Shown one piece after another: positions 47,096 through 57,987 of a stretch of 64,000 nt of DNA. How positions within the stretch are numbered: position 1 is the stretch's first letter; every line of letters begins with the position of its first letter. The stretch covers positions 1,024,001 to 1,088,000 of the forward strand of contig OZ219785.1 in the NCBI GenBank assembly GCA_964291285.2, written 5' to 3'. A program made the translations under genes and the position numbers. Below the pieces are notes generated by a model, which saw only the letters and a list, made by a program, of their open reading frames with translations, was not told the DNA's origin and made no database searches. The stretch is from Alphaproteobacteria bacterium (GTDB lineage Bacteria; Pseudomonadota; Alphaproteobacteria; Bin95).

Positions 47096-50000
47096 GGACG
47101 TTCTCCGCTGGCCAGCGACCGGAGCAAATCATAGCCGAAATTGGCTCTCGGCCGCCACAGGCCCCGGTCCAGCGCCTCCAGGAATCGCGCCGCCGTCTCG
47201 CGTAGCGCGGCAGGGTTGCTGCTCTCCATGAAATCCCGCACCGCCTCGTCGCGGATATAGGCGTCGAACAGCATTTCGAAGTGATGGTCGCGCACCGCGC
47301 CCGTCGTCGCGGCGAAGGCGAACAGGTAATCCACCGTGGCGGCGATCTCGAAGGCGCCCTTGTAGCCGTGGCGCATGACGCCCCGGATCCATTTGGGGTT
47401 GGCGGCGCGCGCGCGCACCGTGCGGGCGATTTCTTCCTCCAGGCGGAAGATACGCGGGCGTTCCGGGCGGGTGTGGTCGTTGTGATAGACCGCCGGGCGG
47501 TTTCCGGAGAGCATGGCCGCCGCCGCCGCCAGCCCGCCCTCGAACTGGTAGTAATCGTCGCTGTCGAGCAGGTCGTGCTCGCGATTGTCCTGGTTGTGGA
47601 CCACGGCCTCGACGCGCGCGAGCCGGCGCTCGAACGCGCGGTGGGCAGGCCGGCCCTCCTCGCCCGCGCCGTAGGCGTAGCCGCCCCAGGCGACATAGGC
47701 GCGCGCCAGGTCCCCGGGGCCGTCCCAGCCGCCCTCGTCGATCAGCGCCTGCAGGCCCGCCCCGTAAGCTCCCGGCATCGAGCCGAACACGCGCCAGGTC
47801 GCTTCGCGGAAGCCGTCGCCTTCCGGCGTGTAGAGCGGGTTGTCGTCCTCTTCCAACCGGGCGACGGCGCGCACCGCGCTGTCGAACAGGTCGATCAGGC
47901 CCGGAAAGGCGTCGCGGAAGAAGCCGGAGATTCTGAGCGTGACATCGACGCGCGGGCGGTCGAGCGCGCCGCGCGGCACGATCTCGAAGCCGGTCACGCG
48001 CCCGGAGGCCGCCTCCCATGTCGGGCGCACGCCCATCAGCGCCAGGGCTTGGGCGATGTCGTCGCCGCCGGTCCGCATCGCGCTGGTGCCCCAGGCGCTG
48101 AGCGCCAGCGCGCGCGGCCACTCGCCGTGGTCGCGGACATGGCGCTCAACCAGCAGCGTGGCTGAATGCCAGCCGAGCTGCACGGCGGCGGGGGTCGGCA
48201 CGGCGCGCGTGTCGACGGAGTAGAAGTTGCGCCCGGTCGGCAGCACGTCCGGCCGGCCTCTGGTCGGCGCGCCGGAGGGGCCGGGCTCGATGAAACGGCC
48301 CGCGAGGCCCGCCCTGAGGCCGGCGGTCTCCGCCGCGCCCGAACGGTCGAGCGCCGGGGCCAGCGTTTGGCTGAGGAAGCCGAGCGCGGCGGCGCTTTCG
48401 GGGCCGGGCGGTTCGTCCGCGCCGTCCGCCAGCCGCGCCATCGCTGCCTCGAGCCGCTCCAGCGTGTCGCCCGCCGTGCGCCAGGGGGCCTCGCCGGTCA
48501 GGAAAGCGGGCCGGGGGCCGGTCCACGGTGCGGCCAGGTCCTCGCCGACCTCGATGCCGAGGTCCGCCATGAGCGCCGGCAGCAGCCGCGGGCGCATGGC
48601 GGCCACCAGCAGGTCGCGCCGCTGTGGGCCCTCGGGAGAGGCGCCGAAGACGTGCAGCCCGTCGCGGATCTGCAGCTCCTTCAGTTCGCAGAGATAGCCG
48701 TCGAGCTTGCCGAGCGCCGCCGCCTCGCCGTCCTCCGGGCGGATGCCGCAATCGGCCGCCAGCCCCTCGCGCTCCGCAAGGTCCCGTATATCTGAAGCCA
48801 GCACCGGCAGGCGGCGCGGGTCCAGCGTCGATGCCTGGAAATACTCGTCCACCAGCCTTTCCAGCTCCACCATGGCCCCGTGGCTCTCCGCGCGTGTGAG
48901 GGGAGGGGTCAGGTGGTCGACAATTGCGGCATGAGTGCGGCGCTTGGCCTGCGCGCCTTCGCCCGGATCGTTGACGATGAACGGGTAGAGGTTCGGCATG
49001 GGCCCGAGCACGGCATCCGGGAAGCAGTCCCCTGAAAGCGCCAGCGCCTTGCCCGGCAGCCATTCCAGATTGCCGTGCTTGCCTAGATGTATGACGGCAT
49101 CGGCCGCGAAGCCGCGCCTCAGCCAGCCATAGAAAGCGAGATAGGCGGGCGGCGGCGGCAGGGCGGGGTCGTGGTAGCTGGAGGCCGGGTCGATGTCGTA
49201 GCCGCGCGAGGGCTGCACCGCGACGGCGATATCGCCGAACAGGAGCGCCGGTATTACGGTGTCCCGGCGCGTAAGGCCCCAGCGTTTCTGGACCAGATCG
49301 ATTGCGCCGGCAGGCAGGCCGTCCAGGAAGGCCCGGAAATCGCGTTCCGGAAAGACCGGGCCTCCGGTCCGCGCTTCCTGAAGTTCCCGCATGAGCGCGT
49401 CGCCGTCTGCCGGCAGTCCCCCGGCCCCGAGCGCACGGAGCACGGCCAGCGCCGAAGCCGGCGTGTCGAGGCCGACGCCGTTGCCGATGCGCCCGTCGCG
49501 GGTCGGGTAGTTGGCGAGGACCAGGGCTATGCGCTTCCGTCCGGGCCGGCGGAGTTTCGCCCAGTTGGCGGCGAGTTCCGCGACGAAGCGCACCCGGTCC
49601 GGCACCGGCCGGTAGCGGGTGATGTCGCACTCCGTCGCCGCGTCGCGCCGGCTCGGCGCCTTGAAGGAGACCGCGCGGGAGATCAGCCGCCCGTCCACCT
49701 CCGGCAGCGCGATGTTCATGGCGATGTCGCGCGGGGAGAGGCCGCGCGTGCCCTCGCGCCAGGCGGCCTCCGCGCCGCCGGAGAGCACCGCCTGGACCAC
49801 CGGGCAGTCATAGCGGTCGAGCGGCCCCGGCCCGTCCGCGCCGCGCGCCGCGAAGCCGGTGGTGTTCACGATGACGGCGGGCGGCTCGGCTGCGAACAGG
49901 CGCTGCAGCAGGCCGAGCGAGTCCGGGTCCTTGAGGCTGGAAATGGCGACCGGCCGGGGCGAGACGCCTGCCGCCGCCATCTCCTCCGCCAGCATGTCGA

Positions 50001-50610
50001 TGGCCGCCACGTTCCCGGATTGCAGGTGCGCCCGGTAGAACAGCAGCGGTGCGACCGGGCCGTCGCCCATCGCTGCCGCATAGGGCCGGGCGCGCGGGAT
50101 CGGCTCGGGCTCCCGCCAGGGGGCGGGGCGGCCAAGCAGGTGGGCGGCGTAGCGCAGGCAGTTCAGCGCGTTGTCGGGACCGCCCTCCGCCAGGTAGCGC
50201 CAGAGGCGGCGGCAAGCGTCCGCATCGAGGCTGGACCAGGCGTCGAGCTCCGGGTCCGCCCGGTCGTCGCCCGGCAGCAGCGCCACCGGCGCCTCCAGCG
50301 CGTTCAGCCGCTCAACGCCGTAAGGCCAGTAGCCGCGCCCGCCGAGGAGGCGGACCACGACCAGCCGGGCGCGGGAGAGCACGCGCTCGACATGCAGATC
50401 GACGGACAGGTTGTGGCCGAGCGCCATGACGTTGGCGAGCCGGAGCGTCGGGGCGTGCCCGTCCTCGGCGAGGCGTTTTCGCTGGGCCTCGGCGAGCAGG
50501 GCGAGCTCCGTGTCGGCCGCGCTCAGGACCGCGATGTCGCCCGGCGTCTGGCCGAGATCGACCGCCTCGCCCTCCTCGACCGCGCCCGGGGTTGCGGCTA
50601 GGAGATGCAC
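47092..50610 (-). CDS. cobN: Cobaltochelatase subunit CobN
   Basis: HLGKHGNLEWLPGK, LPTGRNFY, RAANPKWI. Confidence 0.95.
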   Translation of the reverse strand: MHLLAATPGAVEEGEAVDLGQTPGDIAVLSAADTELALLAEAQRKRLAEDGHAPTLRLANVMALGHNLSVDLHVERVLSRARLVVVRLLGGRGYWPYGVERLNALEAPVALLPGDDRADPELDAWSSLDADACRRLWRYLAEGGPDNALNCLRYAAHLLGRPAPWREPEPIPRARPYAAAMGDGPVAPLLFYRAHLQSGNVAAIDMLAEEMAAAGVSPRPVAISSLKDPDSLGLLQRLFAAEPPAVIVNTTGFAARGADGPGPLDRYDCPVVQAVLSGGAEAAWREGTRGLSPRDIAMNIALPEVDGRLISRAVSFKAPSRRDAATECDITRYRPVPDRVRFVAELAANWAKLRRPGRKRIALVLANYPTRDGRIGNGVGLDTPASALAVLRALGAGGLPADGDALMRELQEARTGGPVFPERDFRAFLDGLPAGAIDLVQKRWGLTRRDTVIPALLFGDIAVAVQPSRGYDIDPASSYHDPALPPPPAYLAFYGWLRRGFAADAVIHLGKHGNLEWLPGKALALSGDCFPDAVLGPMPNLYPFIVNDPGEGAQAKRRTHAAIVDHLTPPLTRAESHGAMVELERLVDEYFQASTLDPRRLPVLASDIRDLAEREGLAADCGIRPEDGEAAALGKLDGYLCELKELQIRDGLHVFGASPEGPQRRDLLVAAMRPRLLPALMADLGIEVGEDLAAPWTGPRPAFLTGEAPWRTAGDTLERLEAAMARLADGADEPPGPESAAALGFLSQTLAPALDRSGAAETAGLRAGLAGRFIEPGPSGAPTRGRPDVLPTGRNFYSVDTRAVPTPAAVQLGWHSATLLVERHVRDHGEWPRALALSAWGTSAMRTGGDDIAQALALMGVRPTWEAASGRVTGFEIVPRGALDRPRVDVTLRISGFFRDAFPGLIDLFDSAVRAVARLEEDDNPLYTPEGDGFREATWRVFGSMPGAYGAGLQALIDEGGWDGPGDLARAYVAWGGYAYGAGEEGRPAHRAFERRLARVEAVVHNQDNREHDLLDSDDYYQFEGGLAAAAAMLSGNRPAVYHNDHTRPERPRIFRLEEEIARTVRARAANPKWIRGVMRHGYKGAFEIAATVDYLFAFAATTGAVRDHHFEMLFDAYIRDEAVRDFMESSNPAALRETAARFLEALDRGLWRPRANFGYDLLRSLASGERP

Positions 50611-51641
50611 CGTCCGCCAAGCGTCCGGGCGACGGCCTCGCGGTCGAGGCCGGCGAAGCCGATCACCACCAGCCGCGTCAGCGGCTCCTCGCCGGCCTGC
50701 CAGGGCCGGTCGTACCAGGTCTCGGTGCGGGCGCCGACGCCCTGCACGGCGAGCCGCATCGCCTTGCCCTCGACCGCTGCGAACCCCTTGACGCGGAGCA
50801 CGTCGTGGCCCTTTGCCGCCGCCGCGATACGCTCGGCGAGCGCCGCCGGCTCGACCGGCCCCGCCTCGACGGCGAAGCTCTCGAAATCGTCATGGTCGTG
50901 CTCGTCCTCGCCGTCATGGTGCGAGGGACGCGCGCCGAGGTCGTCTTCCGCCGCCACTTCCAGGCCGAGGAGCAGGCGCGTATCGACCGCCCCGCCGGTT
51001 GAGCCGACCGTCTTGACCGCGGGCGAGCGCAGCCCCTGCCGCACCTGGGCAAGCACGCCCGCCCATTCCGGCGCGTCCAGCAGGTCGCGCTTGTTGACGA
51101 CGACGAGGTCGGCGGCGGCGAGCTGGTCCTCGAACAGCTCCTCGAGCGGCGCGTCGTGGTCGAGCGCCGGATCGGCCCGGCGCGCCGCGTCCACGGCTTC
51201 CGGGTCGGCGGCGAAACGCCCGGCGGCGACGGCCGCGGCGTCCACTACCGCGACAACGCCGTCCACCGTGGTGCGCGAGCGCACCTCCGGCCAGGCGAAG
51301 GCCTGTACCAGCGGTTTCGGCAATGCGAGGCCCGAGGTCTCGATGACGATGTGGTCTGGCGGGTCGGGCCGGTCGAGCAGCGCCTGCATGGTCGGCAGGA
51401 AATCGTCCGCCACGGTGCAGCAGATGCACCCGTTGGCGAGCTCGACGATGTCCTCGTCCCCGCAGCCCTCGATGCCGCAGGCGCGCAAGAGTTCGCCGTC
51501 TATGCCGAGGTCGCCGAACTCGTTGACGACCACCGCGAGGCGCCGCCCGCCGGCATTCTCCAGCAGGTGGCGGACCAGGCTGGTCTTGCCGGCGCCGAGA
51601 AAGCCGGTGACGACGGTTGCCGGTATCTTCGGTTTCAGCAT
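50598..51641 (-). CDS. cobW: Cobalamin biosynthesis protein CobW
   Basis: TGFLGAGKT, NGCICC, ETSGLALP, His-rich HHDGEDEHDHD. Confidence 0.95.
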   Translation of the reverse strand: MLKPKIPATVVTGFLGAGKTSLVRHLLENAGGRRLAVVVNEFGDLGIDGELLRACGIEGCGDEDIVELANGCICCTVADDFLPTMQALLDRPDPPDHIVIETSGLALPKPLVQAFAWPEVRSRTTVDGVVAVVDAAAVAAGRFAADPEAVDAARRADPALDHDAPLEELFEDQLAAADLVVVNKRDLLDAPEWAGVLAQVRQGLRSPAVKTVGSTGGAVDTRLLLGLEVAAEDDLGARPSHHDGEDEHDHDDFESFAVEAGPVEPAALAERIAAAAKGHDVLRVKGFAAVEGKAMRLAVQGVGARTETWYDRPWQAGEEPLTRLVVIGFAGLDREAVARTLGGRCIS

Positions 51642-51652
51642 GGGATGCGCTT

Positions 51653-52144
51653 TCAGGGCTTCAGCACAAGCGGCAGGCCGGCCACGACGAACACGACCCG
51701 GTCGGCGGCGCAGGCGATTTCCTCGTTCAGCCGCCCCTGGGCCTCGCGGAAGCGCCGGCCGAGCGGCGTTGCGGGCACGAGGCCCATGCCGGTTTCGTTG
51801 GAAACCAGCACGGTCTGACCGTTGCGGCCCGCGAGCGCCTCCAGCAGCGCGCCGGTGTCCGGCTCCCGGCCGGCGGCGAGCGCATTGGAGAGCCAGAGCG
51901 TGAGGCAGTCCGCCAGCACCGGCATGCCGCGGGCTTGCCGGAGCGCCTCGGGCAGGCGGCAGGGCGCCTCGACGGTCGTCCAGCAGGGCCCCCGCCGGGC
52001 GCGGTGGCGGGCGATGCGCTCCGCCATCTCGGCGTCGCCCGCCTCGGCCGTGGCAATATAGACGGCGGGCCCGTCGAACAGCGATTCGGCGTAGCGGCTC
52101 TTGCCGGAGGCGGCGCCGCCCAGCACCAGGGTCGTGGTGGTCAT
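51653..52144 (-). CDS. cobU: Adenosylcobinamide kinase / phosphate guanylyltransferase (CobU/CobP)
   Basis: GGAASGKS, YIATA, DCLTLW, SNE. Confidence 0.93.
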   Translation of the reverse strand: MTTTTLVLGGAASGKSRYAESLFDGPAVYIATAEAGDAEMAERIARHRARRGPCWTTVEAPCRLPEALRQARGMPVLADCLTLWLSNALAAGREPDTGALLEALAGRNGQTVLVSNETGMGLVPATPLGRRFREAQGRLNEEIACAADRVVFVVAGLPLVLKP

Positions 52145-52232
52145 GGGGATGTTTGCTACCGGCGTTTCGCCGGCCGTTCAAGGCGCGCGGTCCGGCTCGA
52201 CTTTCCGGGCGCGCCGGGGCATATCCCGGCCC

Positions 52233-52475
52233 ATGCTCACGCTGCTCCGCCGCATCCTCGCCCTCTATCTCGGCATCGGGCTCCTGCTGGGGCTGGTCGC
52301 GGGCTTCTCGCGCCTGTTCGTGCGGGTCGTCCACGGCCTCGGACCCGGCGAATTCGGACCGGCTCTGGGCGATGCGGCCCTGTGGGCGTTCATGCGTTTC
52401 TGGCTCTGGCCCTGGCAGTTCTGGACAGAGGTGGTGGAGGGCGAACGCACCCTGCTCGGCTGGCTGCTGGCCTGA
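52233..52475 (+). CDS. Small membrane protein, unknown function
   Basis: Two hydrophobic segments; fills gap between cobU and the next gene. Confidence 0.6.
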   Translation: MLTLLRRILALYLGIGLLLGLVAGFSRLFVRVVHGLGPGEFGPALGDAALWAFMRFWLWPWQFWTEVVEGERTLLGWLLA

Positions 52476-52529
52476 GGCGGCGGCGGCGCGCATACTCCGG
52501 CGCGGGACCCGGGAAAAGGGGGAGACGCA

Positions 52530-53423
52530 ATGGAACTCGGATTCGTTGGCGTGGGCGCGATGGGCGCGCCGATGGCCGGGCGGCTGCTGGACGGGGGCCA
52601 CAGCCTGGTCGTTCACGACGTCCGCGCCGAGGCGGTGGCGCCGCTCGCGGCCCGGCAGGCGCGCACGGCAGAAAGCCCGAAGGCCGTGGCGGACATGGCG
52701 GAGACGGTCATCGTCTCGCTGCCGACGCTCGGCGCATGGCGCGAAGTCGGGCTCGGCAAGGAAGGTCTCGCGAAGGGCGGGCGGATCGCGAAGGTGGTCA
52801 ACACCTGCACGGTCGGCTCGGGCTTCATCCGCGAGATGGCGGCCGCGCTGGGCGAGTCCGGCATCGAGATGCTCGACTGCCCGATCAGCGGCGGGCCGCC
52901 GGGCGCGGAGGCGGGCACGCTCTCGGTGATGGCGTCCGGCAGCCGCGCGCTCTTCGACGAATTGCGCCCCGCCCTCGACTGCTGGGGGCACACGGTCGTC
53001 CATGTGGGCGAGGAGCCGGGTGCGGCGCAGACCGTCAAGCTCGTCAACAACATCCTCTCCGCCGCCGCGCTCGCCGTCACCTCCGAGGCCCTGGTGATGG
53101 GCTCCAAGGCGGGGGTCGATCTCGAGGCGATGCTCGAGGCGGTCAATGCCGGCTCGGGGCGCAACAGCGCGACGGCCGGCAAGATTCCCGCCTCAGTGCT
53201 GGACCGGTCCTTCGCCTACGGGGCGGCGCTCGACATCCTGATGAAGGATATCGAGCTCGCGCTTGCGGAGGCCGAACGCCTGAAGGTGCCGTCCTGGGTC
53301 TCCTCGGCCGTGCGCCAGTTCTTCCGCCACTGGCACATGCAGGGCAAGGGGCGCGAGGACATCACCTCCATCGTGCAGATGGTTGAGGGCTTCGCCGGCC
53401 ACACCCTGCCGAAAGTCCGTTAG
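52530..53423 (+). CDS. NAD(P)-dependent 3-hydroxyisobutyrate dehydrogenase family oxidoreductase
   Basis: [21 protein letters not shown]. Confidence 0.92.
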   Translation: MELGFVGVGAMGAPMAGRLLDGGHSLVVHDVRAEAVAPLAARQARTAESPKAVADMAETVIVSLPTLGAWREVGLGKEGLAKGGRIAKVVNTCTVGSGFIREMAAALGESGIEMLDCPISGGPPGAEAGTLSVMASGSRALFDELRPALDCWGHTVVHVGEEPGAAQTVKLVNNILSAAALAVTSEALVMGSKAGVDLEAMLEAVNAGSGRNSATAGKIPASVLDRSFAYGAALDILMKDIELALAEAERLKVPSWVSSAVRQFFRHWHMQGKGREDITSIVQMVEGFAGHTLPKVR

Positions 53424-54451
53424 CCCCTGCGCTCCAGCAGGCAGGCGTCGCCGTAGGAGAAGAAGCGGTAGCGCTGCCTGACGGCGTGGGCGTAGGCGGC
53501 GCGCATGCGCTCCAGCCCGGCGAAGGCCGCGACCAGCATGAACAGCGTCGAGCGCGGCAGGTGGAAATTGGTGAGCAGCAGGTCGGCCGTCCGGACCTCC
53601 CGGCCGCCGGGGCGCAGGAATATGTCCGTCTCCCCTTCCCAGGCCGCGACCTCGCCCGAGGGGCCGGCCGCCGATTCCAGCAGGCGGAGCGCCGTGGTGC
53701 CGGCCACGACCAGCCGGCCCCGGCGGCCCCGGACGCGCGCGGCCGTCTCTTCGGTGATGCGCCCCCACTCGCTGTGCATCCGGTGCCGGGCCGGGTCCTC
53801 CGTGCGGACCGGCAGGAAGGTGCCGGCGCCGACATGCAGGGTGACGGCGGCGCGCTCGACGCCGCGCGCGTCCAGGGCCGCCAGCAGGCGGGGCGTGAAA
53901 TGCAGCCCGGCCGTGGGCGCGGCGACCGAGCCCGGCTCGCGGGCGAACACCGTCTGGTAGGCATCCCGGTCGCCCGGGTCGCCGCCTTTCGGGCGCTTGA
54001 TATAGGGCGGCAGCGGCATGGCGCCGTGCGCCTCCAGTGCCGCGTCGAGTTCCGCCCCCTCCGCCGAGAACGCCAGCGCGACTTCCCCGTCCTGCCGGCG
54101 CTCCTCCAGCACCGCTTCGAGCCCGCCGGGAAAGGCGATCCGGTCGCCTTCCCGGAGCCGCCGCCCGGGCCGCGCGAAGGCGAGCCAGCGCCGCCTGTCG
54201 AGGCGCTTGTGCAGCAGGGCCTCCACCGCCGCCGCGCCGCGCCGCCCGTAGAGGCGCGCCGGGATCACGCGCGTGTCGTTGACGACCATGAGGTCGCCCG
54301 GCCGGAGCAGGTCCGGCAGATCGGCAATGCGGCGGTCCGCGAGTACGGACGAAACATGCAGCAGCCTTGCCGCGTCGCGCGGCTCCACCGGCCGCTGCGC
54401 AATCAGCCCGGCGGGCAGCTCGAAATCGAAATCGCTGGTGCTCAGGGTCAC
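53420..54451 (-). CDS. queA: S-adenosylmethionine:tRNA ribosyltransferase-isomerase
   Basis: [44 protein letters not shown]. Confidence 0.96.
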   Translation of the reverse strand: MTLSTSDFDFELPAGLIAQRPVEPRDAARLLHVSSVLADRRIADLPDLLRPGDLMVVNDTRVIPARLYGRRGAAAVEALLHKRLDRRRWLAFARPGRRLREGDRIAFPGGLEAVLEERRQDGEVALAFSAEGAELDAALEAHGAMPLPPYIKRPKGGDPGDRDAYQTVFAREPGSVAAPTAGLHFTPRLLAALDARGVERAAVTLHVGAGTFLPVRTEDPARHRMHSEWGRITEETAARVRGRRGRLVVAGTTALRLLESAAGPSGEVAAWEGETDIFLRPGGREVRTADLLLTNFHLPRSTLFMLVAAFAGLERMRAAYAHAVRQRYRFFSYGDACLLERRG

Positions 54452-54568
54452 GGCCGCCCGGCTCCGCCGCGGGCCGGGACCTTCGCAGGCCCGGTGGAGC
54501 CTGTCAAAACGGTCCGGGATTTGAGATAAACGGCCCTCGACGCGGAAACGCCGGAGCGGAACCGGGAC

Positions 54569-55300
54569 ATGGCCATCGGATTGAAGGAAGGCCGCAGGAT
54601 CGCCGCCCGCGCCCGCCGCTGGACCCTGGTCAAACGGGTCATGCTGCTCGTGGCGCTGCTCGCGGTCGCCGTATTCGCCTATGAGACCGGCGCCACCCGC
54701 ACGCAATACCGCATCGAGCGCCTGGAGGAGAGGCTGGCGGCCCAGGACGCCGCCATCGCGCGGCTGGAGGCCGAGAAGGAGGAACTCGACAGGCGGCGGC
54801 TGGCGGCGGTCCAGAACGAGAGGACGCTTCAGGCCCGCTACGACCGCAATGTGCCGACCGGCAAACGCAAGGAAGTCTTCGACCTGCTTCTGGAACGGAT
54901 CGACGCCGGCCTGGAGGAGGAGCGGATCGCCTTCCTGCTGCGCGAGGCGGATGTGGAGCCGGCCTGCGACCCGGAGCCGGTCACCAAGCGTTTCGTGCTG
55001 GCCACGCCGCTGCATGACGGCGCCAACGCCTCGGCCCAGTTCGCGGAAGGTGCGATCACGGTCACCGGCGAGGGGCAGGCGGAGCTGACGGAGGCGGGCC
55101 TGCCCGAGGCGTGGTTCGACCCGGCGGCGCCGGTCATGCTCCGCTTCACCGCCATCGGCGGCGATGCGACCGAGGCGCGGGGCAAGCTGCCGCTCGACCA
55201 TTCCCTGCGGCTGGCCGGCAACGAATACCGCTTCGCCGCCCGCGCCGGCCCCCGCTCCTTCGTCCACGTCACCGCGCTCCGCTGCGACTTCCCGGGGTAG
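54569..55300 (+). CDS. Hypothetical protein with N-terminal TM and coiled coil
   Basis: Hydrophobic segment followed by heptad-rich region; coding-like codon usage. Confidence 0.7.
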   Translation: MAIGLKEGRRIAARARRWTLVKRVMLLVALLAVAVFAYETGATRTQYRIERLEERLAAQDAAIARLEAEKEELDRRRLAAVQNERTLQARYDRNVPTGKRKEVFDLLLERIDAGLEEERIAFLLREADVEPACDPEPVTKRFVLATPLHDGANASAQFAEGAITVTGEGQAELTEAGLPEAWFDPAAPVMLRFTAIGGDATEARGKLPLDHSLRLAGNEYRFAARAGPRSFVHVTALRCDFPG

Positions 55301-55312
55301 CGGCCGGAATCG

Positions 55313-56581
55313 TCAGGCGGGCGGCAGGCGGAGCTTGTCGGCGTGCATCTCCACCACGGCGTCGAGGTCCGGGTCCGGGGCCGTCACGTCGATGGCGCGC
55401 ACGCCGAACAGGGCCGGGTTGTGCGGCAGGACCGGCTCCCTGCCTTCGGCGAGGTCGCGGGCGAGCTTCAGCAGCCGGCGCCGCGCGGCGATGATCGCGG
55501 CGTCCGAGGGTCCGAGATGCTCGTTCTCGCGGTCCGCTATCGGCCCCATGCTCTCGACGACGGCGCGGTCCTGGTTGTTGACGCCCGGGATGCCGGTCGC
55601 GTTGCCGGCCCGCTGCGAGGCGCGGTCGAGCCTGTAGCCGTTCTCGCGGTTGACCTCGGGCGTGAAGCCGCCCGGCAGCGTGCGCGGCGCCGCGCCCAGG
55701 CCCGTCTCCAGATAGGCGCGGTCCGCCTCCGTCATCGGCGCTTCCGGGTTGTAGGAGGTGCCGAAGACGAAGCTGTTCTCGTCGTCGATCGGGATATAGG
55801 CGCGCGACGAGATCGGGTATTTCGGGTGCGGGATGATCGAGTTGCTCGGCAGGATCCACTGCGTGATGCGCCAGTTGAACAGGCCGTCCGCCGCGCCGCG
55901 CTGCGAGCCGTAATAGAAGCCGTAATCCGTCGGCCGGATGTGGATCGACGGCATGCCGTCCCGCTGCCAGTTGCCGTGCGCGGCGGCAAGGCCGGGCGAC
56001 AGGGCGGAAGTGTCGGCGAAGCGGTGCAGGAAGGTGGTGTGGCGGGTGTCGATCTCGCCCTCGAAGCCCTGGAAATAGTTGGCGCGCAGGTGCCACTTCT
56101 TCTGCCAGCGATGCTCGGGCGCCAGCACCGCCCACTCGAATTCGGGCAGCGGCGGGCGCCTGTCCTCCGGCCCCATATAGACCCAGATCCAGCCGCCCCA
56201 CTCGGCGGCCGGATAGGCCTTCGCGCGCACCTTGCGCCTGTAGTCGGTCTCCGGCGGCTCGTTCGGCATCTCGACGCAGTTGCCGTCCACGTCGAACTTC
56301 CAGCCGTGATAGACGCAGCGCAGGCCGCACTCCTCGTTGCGCCCGAAATAGAGCGAGGCGCGCCGGTGCGGGCACCTCTCGTCGAGGATGCCGACCCGGC
56401 CGCCCGTGTCCCGGAAGGCCACGAGGTCCTCGCCCAGCAGCCGGAGCCGCACCGGGTCGCAGTCGGACCCCGGCAGCTCGTCCGGCATGAGCGCCGGGAG
56501 CCAGAACCGGCGGAACAGGTCGCCCATCGGCGTGCCGGGGCCGGTCCGGCACAGCAGGTCGTTGTCTTCCGGTCTCAGCAT
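55313..56581 (-). CDS. Rieske non-heme iron oxygenase alpha subunit (phthalate dioxygenase/LigX-like)
   Basis: CPHRR...CVYHGW Rieske motif; DTRHTTFLH mononuclear iron motif. Confidence 0.92.
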   Translation of the reverse strand: MLRPEDNDLLCRTGPGTPMGDLFRRFWLPALMPDELPGSDCDPVRLRLLGEDLVAFRDTGGRVGILDERCPHRRASLYFGRNEECGLRCVYHGWKFDVDGNCVEMPNEPPETDYRRKVRAKAYPAAEWGGWIWVYMGPEDRRPPLPEFEWAVLAPEHRWQKKWHLRANYFQGFEGEIDTRHTTFLHRFADTSALSPGLAAAHGNWQRDGMPSIHIRPTDYGFYYGSQRGAADGLFNWRITQWILPSNSIIPHPKYPISSRAYIPIDDENSFVFGTSYNPEAPMTEADRAYLETGLGAAPRTLPGGFTPEVNRENGYRLDRASQRAGNATGIPGVNNQDRAVVESMGPIADRENEHLGPSDAAIIAARRRLLKLARDLAEGREPVLPHNPALFGVRAIDVTAPDPDLDAVVEMHADKLRLPPA

Positions 56582-56705
56582 CGCGGGACGCCTCTTTGCG
56601 GGCCGGCGCAGCATGACGCCGCCCGGCCGCGCCATCAAGCATTCGGCGAGAGGCCCACCGGAGTCGCACATCTGCGCCGTCGGCATTGCATCGCACGGCC
56701 CCCAG

Positions 56706-56837
56706 CCGTCACCCCGGACTTGATCCGGGGTCCATCCCTGACCGTTTGCGCCTGCCGCAGCCGGTGGAGAACAGGCCCGACCGCCGATGCTGCCGCGAGA
56801 GTCGAGGCTGGACCCCGGATCAAGTCCGGGGTGACGG
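56706..56837. repeat. REP-like palindromic pair (CCGTCACCCCGGACTTGATCCGGGGTCCA)
   Basis: Perfect 29-bp inverted repeat 56706-56734 / 56809-56837. Confidence 0.85.
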
Positions 56838-57301
56838 TGGGAGGGGGAACCGCGCGGGATGTCATGAAATGTCATGTTTTGTCATGTTCCGGGTTCGTGC
56901 GCCGGCTGCTCCGGCCGGTTGGAGGGGTCGTTTCGCGGGCCGTGGCGGGCCTCCTTTCCGCCGCTTCCCCGACTGCCGGGGGAGCGTCACTGTTTCGCGC
57001 GTGTCGCGCGCGGGCGGGGGCGCGTGTCGGCGCCGGCGCGGTTCGCGCGCCTGATTGCCTGCGCACGCGCGCGCGAGGCGGCCCCGCGCACCGCCTCCCT
57101 CCGCGCCTATATCGGCCGCGAACTGCCGGGAATCAAGTCCGTTTTTGTGAACAAAAATGAAAATATGAGTAAATTTCCTCTAACTCGTTGACTCCGGGGA
57201 GAAACCGCAGCGGCCCGCAAGCGCCTGCGCCCCGCACGGCCGGCCGCCCCCTTCGACAGGCTCAGGACAGGTTCCCTCGACAGGCTCAGGGCAGGCTTCT
57301 C

Positions 57302-57389
57302 CGTCGTGCCCGGACTTGTTCCGGGCATCTCCCTCCACCGCTCCCCCCGGACGGCCGTATGGATGCCCGGAACAAGTCCGGGCATGACG
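57302..57389. repeat. REP-like palindromic pair (CGTCRTGCCCGGACTTGTTCCGGGCATC)
   Basis: 28-bp inverted repeat with 1 mismatch, 57302-57329 / 57362-57389. Confidence 0.85.
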
Positions 57390-57497
57390 ATATGGGGGCA
57401 TGACGGGAAGAGGGCCGTGCGATGCGATGCCGACGCCGGAGATGTGGGAAGCTGCAAGTCCCGGACCGCAGTCCGGGGCAAGCGGGAGAGGGAATTC

Positions 57498-57743
57498 TCA
57501 GCGAAAGGCGTGGTCGAGCGACCGCGGCGGAAGCGCCGGCTGGTTGCGGCCGGCGGCGAAGAAGTCCTCCGAGAACCGGCCCGCAACATCGTCGAGCCAG
57601 GCCCAGTCCGACGCGACGGGTTCGAGGATTACTGCGGCGCCCTGCCGGCGGATGCGGACTTCGGCGCCTTCCATCCGGAATTCCTTCGGCAGCCGGACGG
57701 CCTGCGAGCGGCCCGACCGGAAGAGTTTGGCGGTTGCGGCCAT
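57498..57743 (-). CDS. vapB: VapB/AbrB-family antitoxin (orphan)
   Basis: AKLFRSGRSQAVRLPKEFR motif. Confidence 0.85.
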   Translation of the reverse strand: MAATAKLFRSGRSQAVRLPKEFRMEGAEVRIRRQGAAVILEPVASDWAWLDDVAGRFSEDFFAAGRNQPALPPRSLDHAFR

Positions 57744-57987
57744 CGGAACCTCCATGGCGGGATACGGCAACGGGGTATGCCTTCCCGGGCCCTAGCAGTC
57801 CAGCCCGGCGCAGGGGCGGCCGGGGCGAGGGGGAGGAAGGCCGGCCCCGGACCGACTCCCTTGCCGTGCGCGGCCCCATCGCCCGGACACCGCGCCATGC
57901 CGCCAAAGGCAAGAGGTCTCCGCCTTCGCGGGGATGACAGCGCCTTATGGGAAGGGCCGATATATCGGCAAGAATAAGAACCCGCGT

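Larger units (their letters stand above)
56667..57446. mobile_element. MITE-like composite with 35-bp outer inverted repeats and nested REP hairpins
   Basis: 56667-56701 vs 57412-57446 match 32/35 as an inverted repeat. Confidence 0.55.

Noticed and set aside
52145-52232. Cobalamin riboswitch upstream of cobU
   Set aside because: Interval is under 90 bp and shows no B12-box
56667-57446. CRISPR array
   Set aside because: Repeats are inverted pairs of different types without regular spacers; no cas genes in the window
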